In this document: piece after piece, positions 11,929-22,616 of the stretch
Numbering within the stretch: position 1 is the first letter of the stretch
Layout: each line of letters begins with the position of its first letter
Assembly (NCBI RefSeq): GCF_006345805.1
Contig: NC_043011.1
Coordinates: 48,248,464-48,312,463, forward strand
Direction of reading: 5' to 3'
From: Octopus sinensis
Lineage: Eukaryota
Length of the DNA: 64,000 nucleotides
Made by a program: the position numbers and the translations under genes
The notes under the pieces: model-generated
Seen by the model: only the letters and a program-made list of their open reading frames with translations
What the model was told of the DNA's origin: nothing
The model's database searches: none

Positions 11929-12024
11929 GCTTGCATGTATGTATGCTCCTAAGAAGTTAATTGCATGCTGATAATAATGTTTCTACTAAAAAAATAGCCT
12001 CATCCTATTGAACATATATATATA

Positions 12025-12056
<32 letters not shown>

Positions 12057-13014
12057 TGCTTTTTCAGTACATCTGACTGGTCCATAAATTTTTATTACTA
12101 CCCCTACATGACTGATGCCCTTATATTCCTATACATATATGATTCTCCCCTATTTTTTTTTTTTTCACATCAGTTGATGAGAGATTCAGTTTTTGAAACA
12201 AGATGTTTTGTAGCTGAAAACTCACAATAAAGTGAGAACATATATATTTCCTTTATATTGAGTGTCAGAAACTGTATATTGTTATTCTTTTACCATATAG
12301 ACTTATGTGATCTCACTGGGTCTTGTGGTAAGGGTGTTGGGCTCAAGATTGCAAGACCGTGGTTTCAATTCTCAGGTCAGCAGCGCCTTGTATTCTTTAG
12401 CAAAGCACTTAATTTCATTTCATATTACTCCGGTCAGCACAGTTGTAAATGAATAAATCCATGATAAATTGGTGTCCCATTAAGGTGGTATGTTGACCTT
12501 CCTGCCTGCTTACCCAGCAAGGTGACTTCATTTGAGAGCCAAAACAATACAAGGAAGTGCATTGTGATGAGTGATGTATATGAACAATTATAGTCTGAGC
12601 AAAACAGTGATACAGTTATATAGACTTAAGTAATAGATCCAAATAATTCACTAATTTATATGAACCTTTGTGCAGCAATCTTTGCACAAAATATTTTGCA
12701 GTGACTAATCATGCATACTCTGTGGTGTAGGCATGTGTTTTGATATGTGTATGTGCATGTCTGTGTGTCTATATTGGCATACAAGGAACCCGCTTTTCTT
12801 TTGAAAATAAATTAAAATCTTATCAATATTGTAATTTAATCTTTTTGATCAACATTTTCTCATATCTGCATATCAGACCTTTATAATTTGTTTGAGAAAT
12901 TTCAAGTTCCAAAATTCCTCTTTATCAATGTATCCAACATATCTCAGCCTCATCTTCAGGATAAGGAGTGATTTTACATTCTGTGCTGCTTTATATATTA
13001 GCTAGCTTATGTTC

Positions 13015-13325
13015 ATTTGGTCATTAGAGAGAGAGCATTGCAGTTTTTCATAAACAATTTTATATCTTTATATTAATTGTTGCCTTGTGTTGCTATATCA
13101 TTTTATATATTATATATATATATATAAGTGTATGTATCTATATATTTATTTGTTTAGCTGCCATACATACGTAACTGTTACGAAATTTCATAACCATGCA
13201 TTTAAAAACACATACAAAAAAGCTCATGCTCATTTGGTCATTAGAGAGAGAGCATTGCAGGTTTTTCACTATCAGTTTTATATCTTTATATTAATTGTTG
13301 CCTTGTGTTACTATATCATTTCATA
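13015..13325. repeat. Local tandem duplication (about 215-bp period)
   Basis: CATTTGGTCATTAGAGAGAG...CTATATCATT block at about 13015 and 13231. Confidence 0.85.
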
Positions 13326-13391
13326 TATATATATAATATGTATGACAGCTAGACAAATAAACACATAGATACATACAATTATATATATATA

Positions 13392-13722
13392 TAAAGGGTA
13401 AAGACCCCCTTCGGTCATGAATGACTATGGGATTGCACCTAGAAAGTTACCCTCCTAGACACAAGTCCGGGCAAGGTTGTTTATGGAAGGCCAGCAGTCG
13501 CCCATGCATACCAGCCTCCCCTCTCCACGCCACCAGTGTTATCCAAGGGAAAGACAAAGGTCGATACAGCTTGGCACCAGTGACGTCGCAACTCATTTCT
13601 ACAGCTGAGTGAACTGGAGCAACGTGAAATAAAGTGCCTTGCTCAAGAACACAACATGCAGTCCGGTCCGGGATTCGAGCTCACAACCTCACGATCGTAA
13701 GCTCGACGCTCTAACCACTGAG

Positions 13723-13727
<5 letters not shown>
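13392..13727 (-). mobile_element. SINE D (tRNA head plus central CTTGAGCAAGGCACTT domain)
   Basis: Minus strand GGCTCAGTGGTTAGAGCG...GAGCTCGAATCCC; older copies near 12310 and 36905. Confidence 0.8.
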
Positions 13728-13765
<38 letters not shown>

Positions 13766-14179
13766 GTATGTATCTATGTGTTTATTTGTCTAGCTGTCAT
13801 GCATACATAACTGTTAAGAAATTTCATAACCATGCATTTAAAAACACATACAAACAAATGAAAAATCATATTTTCTAAAGATAGAGGAGTGGGTACAAGT
13901 TAATCGAAAATTTGCCTCGTGTGTGAATACGTACGTTCACCTGTGTGAGTGTACGAGTGTGTGTGTCTAGGTATGTGTTTATTTTATTTTTATTTTTATT
14001 TTGTAATAATTGTTTTTATACTTCTTCTTTTCCAAGTTTGCACCACATGAATGAGCACTGATGTCTACAATTATTTCTTAACGTAGAGAGCATTTTATAT
14101 TAATATTATACAGCTTCACTAAAAATGGATTGACATCTTTGCAATTACATCTCATTACCTGATTACTCACAGTATATGC

Positions 14180-14403
14180 TTGTGTGTATGTGTGAACATA
14201 CATATATATACATATATACATACATATATATATATACAATATATACATATATATATATATATATATACACATATATGCATGCATATATATACATATATAC
14301 ATGCATACATACACATATATTCATACATACATATATACATGTATATATATATATACACATATATGCATGCATACATATACATATATGCATACATACACAT
14401 ATA

Positions 14404-14438
<35 letters not shown>

Positions 14439-14506
14439 ACATGCATACATATACATATATTCATACATACATATACATATATTCATGGATACATATGCAT
14501 ACATAC

Positions 14507-14555
<49 letters not shown>

Positions 14556-14560
14556 TGCAA
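14180..14560. repeat. (TA)n/(TACA)n compound microsatellite
   Basis: Seen directly. Confidence 0.95.
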
Positions 14561-14992
14561 GCACACATAATTACATCAATAGAAACTGTATCGAAGAAAT
14601 CACTGTTAACTTCTACAATGTATTATACGAAATCAGCAAACTTTCATCTTCTATAATAATAATGGTGCTAGCTGCTCAAAGACTTACCTCATAAATATCA
14701 TTATCAATATTACTTTTATTATTGTATTTCAATAAGAACAGAGAATTTGGCAGCCAAAGCAAAGTATTGCTATAAAAGCCATGAGATATTTATTTACATT
14801 AATTAATCTCAAAATACACCATATTTGATAGATTATTTAGGGGCAGTTAAGTTACCTATATTCCTAACTTATAAAGGAGTGATTTTTCTGTTTTTCTTTT
14901 TATTGACATAGTAAGAACTTGTATCCAGTTTCAATAATGTTCTCTCATTCATTGTCTTGTGGCAGCAATAAAAGTAATAAAAAATTATTATT

Positions 14993-15043
14993 ATCCCATG
15001 TGTATGTGTGTTTGTGCGTATGTTTTTATATGTGTATATGCAA

Positions 15044-15089
<46 letters not shown>

Positions 15090-15097
15090 TATATATG

Positions 15098-15166
<69 letters not shown>

Positions 15167-15185
15167 GTGAACATAAATTTTTATA

Positions 15186-15219
<34 letters not shown>

Positions 15220-15270
15220 TTGCATATACACATATAAAAACATACGCACAAACACACATACACATGGGAT
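14993..15270. repeat. Inverted repeat (about 58-bp arms) around a (TA)n tract
   Basis: 14993-15050 is the reverse complement of 15213-15270. Confidence 0.9.
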
Positions 15271-15378
15271 AACAATATATATATAATATATATATATTAT
15301 ATATATATGTGAACATAAATTTTTATATATATATATATAAGTGAGTGTGTCTGGGTATATATATATAAATGTATGTAC

Positions 15379-15409
<31 letters not shown>

Positions 15410-15599
15410 ATATATATTATATATATATATATAATATATATGTTTATTTATTTATGTAACACACACACACATATACATACACACAACACACACATTATAG
15501 AAAGTAGACTTTGTATGCTGAAAATGTGCAAGAGCATTAAGTACTAAGAATACAAGAAAAAAATAGAGTCACTCAAATTCTCAGGAGGTTTCCAAGAGC

Positions 15600-16420
15600 T
15601 AATATATAGTTTCTGTTACCTAGGTAACAGAGGAGGAGGATGTTCTTAAAGTATAGTAGCAAGAATAAAATAGGATAGGGAAAGTTCAGGGAGTTATTAC
15701 TTCTGTTGCTAACAAGAGATCTTTCCCCCAGAGTGAAAACGAAGTTTGTATGATAACCCTGAATGCTGAGGATATGTGAAAACTAGAAAGGAATGGATGT
15801 AGTATATTCTAATGGAGCAACATCAGTGTGGATGTACATCACGATGCATTGTGTGTTGAAAGTAAAATTTGGCTTTAAAGGAATCAGATGTAGTATACAA
15901 GAAAGGACAATGTTGCTATAGGCAACGTGATTAGTGCCTGTGAATGCTGCCACTTGTATAAAGAAGAATCCATTGCTTAAAACAGATGCTGTTGTTTTGT
16001 TGTTTCTTCTCAAGCCATGCCTGGCTCATAGGGCCGGTTTCCCGGTTTCCTTGGCATATAGGTTCCCCACCTGGATGGGAAACCGCTCCGTTGCAGGTGA
16101 GCTGCAAGATGCAGGAAGAAAGAGTGAGAGAAAGTTGTGGCGAAAGAGTCAGCAGGAGTTCGCCATTACCTTGTGCCAGAGCCACATGGAGCTTAGGTGT
16201 TTCACTCATAAACACACATCGCCGGATCTGAGATTCGAACCCATGATCCCTCGACCGTGAGTCTATGTGCCTCCACAAAATGGATGTTGTGTATGGAGGA
16301 GACCTAGGAAGTCATGGTATGAACTAGTGAAGGTGTATCTCTAAATGCTGAACTTCATGGTGTCAAAGAAACCAGATGATTGGCGTTTCCCTGGGCTTGC
16401 AGTGACCCATGCTTCATTGG
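15600..16420 (+). mobile_element. Decayed RTE-clade LINE ORF fragment (C-terminal to RT), split by SINE C
   Basis: Translated with stops and frameshifts: SFCYLGN.GGGCS, GKFRELLLLLLTRDLSPRVK, GIRCSIQER, GGRPRKSWYELVK. Confidence 0.75.
16007..16278 (-). mobile_element. SINE C
   Basis: B box GGTTCGAATC on the minus strand, (CAA)n-like tail, degenerate TSD AAAA..GATG.TGT. Confidence 0.85.
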
Positions 16421-16954
16421 TGAAAATTAGGTCTTAAATGCACTATCTTTATGTCTATACAATATCCAGGCCCTAATCCTGCATCCAATCTGTCCAAATC
16501 TCACATCTTTTTAGCACCTATTGCTCCATCTCTCTTCTTACATTGGCACTATTGTGCTGCTGTAATCATATGACAACAGATTCAGAAGATATTTCATGCT
16601 CTTTGTACTGTTACTTATATTTTCCTCTCTCCTTGCATCCACTTCCTTTAACATCCATCCCTCATTCTCAATGTCATCTGTGCCCACTTAATTTTCAACA
16701 CATTACCTCTTTCTTTTCCTCCAGTTATCTCTCTTTCCCCTGAGCAACATATCAGGAGTGTCACACCACTTAATCATCAGTGCCCTTTCATATCTGAAAT
16801 CCCTTTCTACACCCTCTCATACCTGTCTTCAACATCTCCCCTTCTCTTACTATAGCAACCACTATGTACCTTTGACTTACATCTTGACCCTGTACATCTC
16901 ACTCTTCCCTCTCTACCAACCCCTACATTGTCTCCTTATTTTTTTTTTTGTCAA

Positions 16955-17305
16955 TCTAGATAACAATGACACTGTTTTTTAAAATTTTGACTCTATATCT
17001 TCAGGAGGAGTTACCTCAATTCTTTCTGTATTAACCAAAATGAAGTAGATTGACGAAATTATTTTTTGAGCTAGTTGAAGACACACGAGATGTCGAAATA
17101 TCGTTCACTAGATTACAATGTCACTCTTCTTTTAATTTTGACTCTATATCTTCTGGAGGAGTTACCTCAATCCTTTATATTTTAACCAAAATGAAGGAGA
17201 TTTACTAATTTACTTTTTGAACCAGATGTCGAAATTGTTGAATAGTGAAATATCGTTCACTAGATAACAATGACACTCTTCTTTTAATTTTGACTCTATA
17301 TCTCG
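16955..17305. repeat. Tandem repeat, about 150-bp unit, about 2.3 copies
   Basis: CTAGATAACAATGACACT..TTTTAATTTTGACTCTATATC recurs three times. Confidence 0.85.
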
Positions 17306-18109
17306 ATGAATAATTAAGTCTACCATCAAGAAACAGATACCATTTATCAGACAGGCATATGTGCATAGTCTGTTTCCATAATTAAATTAAGCTCACTAGG
17401 TTTAGTAATGCTGATGTTTTGGTAGAGTTTTGCAGAAGAGAATCGAAATCAAGACTGTGTGAATGCAATCAAAATTTGTCAACAACATGGTCATACCAGT
17501 ATCCATGACATTTTGGTGTTTGAAATTTAATCATCAGTTGGCCTCTTTGATGTGGAGACCTAAAGTACATCGACAGCGAATGATATGACAGAGATAAATA
17601 AATGATTCCTGGCAGAGGGTAATAAAACACCATTAAGCTCCAATACTTATAGACAAGCTTGAAACTAAAACCAGGGATATTGAAAAATTAGTTCAAAGCT
17701 AGTAGAGGCAGTAGCAATTAACATTTTTCAGTCACGTTTGATTGGTCAACTTGAAACTTGCCACTTCAAAAAACTTTGCCTATAAATATACGCTAGATTC
17801 GAGATAAATTGATGAACAACTAAGTCAAATAATGGATTTAATTTTCTTTGACATTGAGTATTGCTCGCTTGAGATGATTGACACCTTTCATTCACAATGT
17901 CTTCGTTACGTTATGGCAAAAAAAAAAAAAAGAAAAACAAACAAGAAAAAAAAAACAGCGGATAAAATTATCAATCAATGAATGAATGTGTTATTTTTGC
18001 CCTGCAAGAACTAATGTCAGATAAAAGAAATCCTGAAAGGAATAAACTGAAGTTATTGCCATGAATATGTCACAACCAATTCCAAATATTGTTTCTAGTG
18101 ACACAGCAT

Positions 18110-18214
18110 ACTAATAATAACAATTACAATGATGATAATAATAATAATGATAACAACAACAACAGCAACAACAATAATGATAACAATAACAATAATGATA
18201 ACAATAATGATAAC

Positions 18215-18251
<37 letters not shown>

Positions 18252-18280
18252 TAATAATAATAATAACAATAATAAAACTA
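18110..18280. repeat. (AAT/AAC/GAT)n compound microsatellite
   Basis: Seen directly. Confidence 0.9.
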
Positions 18281-18654
18281 ATATTTTCTTTATTGGTCAA
18301 AAGGGCCCATACATATAACACAAAGCCTGTCATACAAAAGGGGTTTACAAACATGCAGAGGTGTACATATACATAACCAACAAAGGGAAATGGAAAACAA
18401 TTTATGGAAGCAGTTTAAAAGCTTAATGCACAAAATATATAAGGGCAACCTATTTATATAGAGGTGAGAAGCTGCCAGCTAGTTAGGATCAGAGCATCCT
18501 CATGACTCCAACCACCCTATGTTGGGATAATGTTAATTAACGTGGAATATTCCATGGAGTATTCAGCTGAAGCCTTGTTTGACCCAAAGCCTTGTGCTTT
18601 GAAAAGAAGATGAAAATTGTACTAAAGCCTGTTCTTTGTTTGTTTGTGTGTGCA

Positions 18655-18689
<35 letters not shown>

Positions 18690-19708
18690 ATGCGTGCATG
18701 TCCTCATGAATATTTACATTTCCATATCTTTATCTGATGACATTTAAACACCCAGCAGCATCGTGCTTTTGGCGTGAACTAAAATATTCCTGACTTATTC
18801 AGGTGTATTAGAAGTCCTGTGCATAAGAAGGATACTTCTCAGCTCATGACACTCTCCACCATTAGTCACTGCTTTTCGCAGCATCCAGGATAATGTGAAG
18901 CCACTTACGGTTGCTTCTGAGTTGGATATATAACTGGATATATAACTGGTAGTGCTCTGGAAATACTGCAGCACCGACTTATGTACACAGCAGGCACGAG
19001 GTGCACTGGCTCTTACTGTATTCTTGTTTGATTCTTCAGTCTTAAATATCAGAAACACATTCCATCGCACATCAATCAGAACTCTGTCATTCTGGGAACT
19101 TATAGAAACCACCATGTCATTTGAAAAACAGAGATATCTCACTCTTTTGCACTTTTCAGGCAGAGAAGCACTCACTTTTGTGACGTACTTCTACCATGTT
19201 CTTTTTTTTTCTGTTGCTTTGTATTGATTCAAGTATAAAAAATATATTTTGGCTTGCAATGCCAGTAAAATAAAATGCTGTTATTGATGTTGTTTTTGCT
19301 ATTGGTACTTTTCTTACTGTAATTAAAATTAACATTTGTGATAATTCTTTTGCAATGTTTAAATTGTAAGAGTATGTGTTTTTAACTGAGTTCATTTAAT
19401 TGTCATTTTTCTCTGTTTGTTTTTATAGATCTATCTCTGTGGCTGAAAATATTTGTGAGTGTAATCACTGCTACCACCATTGTGACCAGCATGTCTGTAA
19501 CAGAGGTAACTAAACTGACCTACTGGTAAACAAAACAAAATGGATTTTTACAAAAAATTATCTGTACCAAATATAATTTTTGAAGATGAATATCCTCCTC
19601 ACCACACCCACTCAAATAATGAAGTGGGTTTTTAAATATCAAAAAACAACAACTTTAAATCTGCTAAAATCTAGTACCTTTGTGAGCATCTTTACAGTTC
19701 TCCATTAA

Positions 19709-19929
19709 CCCTTCTGTTACCAACCTGGCTGAAACTGGCTCTGGCTCTGCAGTACAAATGTCTTGTTTTCTTAAGTTTTGAATTAAAATCTTCCACCAAA
19801 TTTTAGTTGCAATTTATGTTCCTAACACTAGCTTAATGATAACTAAGTTATTTTACTAAATTCTTTGTTATATTTAAAATAATTGAGAGAAAAACAGCGC
19901 ATCTCAAAATAAATACAGTAATGAAAGGG
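19709..19929. mobile_element. piggyBac-type MITE
   Basis: TTAA at 19705-19708 and 19930-19933; TIR CCCTTCTGTTAC versus CCCTTTCATTAC (reverse complement of the right end). Confidence 0.75.
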
Positions 19930-20055
19930 TTAACATCAATAATAATAACTACAAAAGCAATTATTATTATTATAGTATAATAACAGACACACCAGAATAG
20001 TTCTTAAATAGTGATAAAAATATGGTAACAGATATCAATAACCTAGTCATATTAG

Positions 20056-20270
20056 GCAACGGACTGGCAGAAATGTTAGCAAGCCAATGAAATGCTTAGG
20101 GGCATTTCATCTGTCTTTACATTCTGAGTTCAAATTCTGCCAAGGTTGACTTTGCCTTTCATCCTTTCGGGGTCGATAAATTAAGTACCAGTTGCATACT
20201 GGGGTCGATCTAATCGACTGGCCCCCACCTCCCCCAAAATTTCGAGCCTTGTGCCTAGAGTAGAAAAGAA
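20056..20270 (+). mobile_element. SINE B, full length (alternative tail)
   Basis: Head GGCAACGGACTGGCAGAAATGTTAG, B box GAGTTCAAATTC, tail CCTTGTGCCTAGAGTAGAAAAGAAT. Confidence 0.85.
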
Positions 20271-20307
20271 TAATCTAGTCACATTAGCTACAATATTTTG
20301 GAACAGA

Positions 20308-20490
20308 AAGTTAAGTGAATTAGTAAAACCAAATAGGTTAGTAAGGAAAATCGTGATTGTATTTAGAATATTCTATGAAAACGCTGATGTAGAAAGATTA
20401 TTTGCACTACAGACATAAGTACATAAGTGTGTTTGCAATTAGAAAGAGCAGCTTTCTATGTTCGTGGAAGCCAAAATAACATATGATTGA
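20308..20490 (+). pseudogene. hAT transposase C-terminal (dimerisation) fragment
   Basis: KLSELVKPNRLVRKIVIVFRIFYENADVERLFA resembles the hAT NAxVERxFS motif; stops follow. Confidence 0.4.
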
Positions 20491-20869
20491 GTCTGAGATA
20501 GAAGCCACCTATGAAAAGAATGGATAAATAATAGGAATGGAAGATTAAATTAAACAGAATATGATTGTTGAATGTTGTAGTAAGTCATAGACAAGAATAG
20601 TTGCTACATAGCTAACACCTGATAAGATTAAACAAATTGAAAAAACCAAGAAAGAAAATTCTAGCTTTAGATGAAAAGTACAGGATTTAAAGCTAAAACC
20701 AAACAATATTTTTTATTTCAAAATTTGTTGAAGCTGTAAAGAAACAAATCATTGCATTTTTTATAGCTGGATAATTTCTCTGGGACTTAGCTACCTTAAA
20801 GAGGCAGGCTGTGGTTAGATGGATTTCAAAAATGGTGACCATATCTGTTCACCACAGTCAGTGTTAAGG

Positions 20870-21356
20870 TAGGGCGGCGAGCTGGCATAATCGTTAGCAC
20901 ACTGGATGAAATATTTAGCAATATTTCGTCTGCCGCTACGTTCCAAGTTCAAATTCCGCCGAGGTCGACTTTGCCTTTCATCCTTTTGGGGTCAATTAAA
21001 TAAGTAGCTATTTCTTTATTACCCACAAGGGGCTAAACACAGAGGGGACAAACAAGGACAGACATAGGTATTAAGTCGATTACATCGACCCCAGTGTGTA
21101 ACTGGTACTATATTTATCGACCCCCGAAAGGATGAAAGGCAAAGTCGACCTCGGCGGAATTTGAACTCACAACGTAACGCAGACGAAATACCGCTAAGCA
21201 TTTCGCCCGGCGTGCTAACGTTTCTGCCAGCTCGCTGACTAAATAAGTACAAGTTACGCACTGGGGTCGATGTAATCGAATTAATACGTAAGACTGGCCT
21301 TGTTTGTCCCCTCTATGTTTAGCCCCTTGTGGGCAATAAAGAAATAGGTATTTCTG
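20870..21356 (+). mobile_element. SINE B host copy, split by an antisense SINE B
   Basis: 5' part 20870-21006 and 3' part 21240-21356. Confidence 0.8.
21007..21239 (-). mobile_element. SINE B nested in the opposite orientation
   Basis: TSD TAAATAAGTA at 20997-21006 and 21240-21249. Confidence 0.85.
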
Positions 21357-21678
21357 CAAATGCATCAACTTGATTATCAAAACCTATCCCTTGCACAAAT
21401 TATTACCATCATCATTGTTTTACTTCTCAAAATGCTCAGTCTTGTTTGTTGTGGTAGATTTTGTGATAGTGGACAGCAACCTGCTGTCAATGGTCTCACA
21501 GGTTCTCTTTCCGCACATCATAAGCTTTAATACTGGGTTTGTTAATTATTGTGGGAGGCATTCAATATCCAGGTATCAATCTCAAAATCCTACCTGACCC
21601 CAGCAGAGCAGTTTTTCGGCTTGTTCTACTCTCACGTCAATTTCGATTCCTCTGAGACATTTTCCGATCTTGGTTGTT

Positions 21679-21719
<41 letters not shown>

Positions 21720-21915
21720 CCATGTATTTTAATTTAACTTAAAAACAAAAAATAAACGAACTAGTGAGTCTAGTTTAATGGCCTACCAATGTATACTATG
21801 AGTTTCTTCACCCTAGGAGTCGGGAAGACACTCGGCAAGAAATGGAAGCAAATTTGAAAGAAGAAGAAGAAAAAAAAAGATAATAATAATAATAATAATA
21901 ATAATAATATTTCAT
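21720..21915 (+). mobile_element. Probable LINE 3' end flanked by (AAT)n
   Basis: Unique segment ending GGAGTCGGGAAGACACTCGGCAAGAAATGGAAGCAAATTTG between two AAT tracts. Confidence 0.4.
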
Positions 21916-21966
21916 TTTTGAATTTGGTGTGCAAAATTATTTATATGAGTTCGTGTGCTGAAGCAT

Positions 21967-22153
21967 ATTCTGTTGTGTCTGGGGAGAGTCATTTTCTTTT
22001 TGTTCCTTATAATGTAACACACTCACCAGTAAAATTTCCACTTATTTCTTATTTATATTTTTATGAAATAAGAAATAAGTGGAAATTTTACCGGTCAGTG
22101 TGTTACATTATAAGGAACAAAAAGAAAATGACTCTCCCCAGACACAACAGAAT
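21967..22153. repeat. Near-perfect palindrome (88-bp arms, 11-nt loop, 2 mismatches)
   Basis: 21967-22054 is the reverse complement of 22066-22153. Confidence 0.9.
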
Positions 22154-22169
22154 AATAATAATAATAATG

Positions 22170-22257
<88 letters not shown>

Positions 22258-22279
22258 TAATAATAATAATAATAACAAC

Positions 22280-22616
22280 TACTGAAACTAAGTTCCCCTT
22301 AATCAAAGTATCAGCCCCACAGATGATAACACACCCAAAAATAAAATGAAGAAATTATTTGAGCATAATGATCTGAAAATAGAGATAACCAGAATATGAA
22401 GATTGAAAACCAAAAAGAACCCTACAATAATGAGTGCCAAGAGAATGATTAAAAAGCATGTAGGGAAGTACTTCAGGGCTTACAGATATGCACAACACAG
22501 CAAAATAGCACTATTTGGCACAGTACGCATATTACATATATAAGTAACAATACAATAAAAAATATGAAACACAAACAAAACATTTTACATTAAAGGGTAC
22601 ACAGAGCTGCACTCAG
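22280..22616 (+). mobile_element. Decayed R4/Dong-like LINE 3' end, left part (resumes at 25009-25065)
   Basis: Degenerate NDLKIEITRI.RLKT and KIALFGTVRIL peptides; 3' UTR homologous to 9480-9590. Confidence 0.7.

Noticed and set aside
12170-12215. TTGATGA...GAAAC..TGTT hammerhead-like arrangement
   Set aside because: Stem II relies on G-U pairs, stem I does not form, C3 is missing, and there is no second copy.
13660-13727. Possible tRNA gene (also the heads at 5487, 50700 and 826)
   Set aside because: A and B boxes are present but there is no complete acceptor stem, and each continues into a repeated SINE body.
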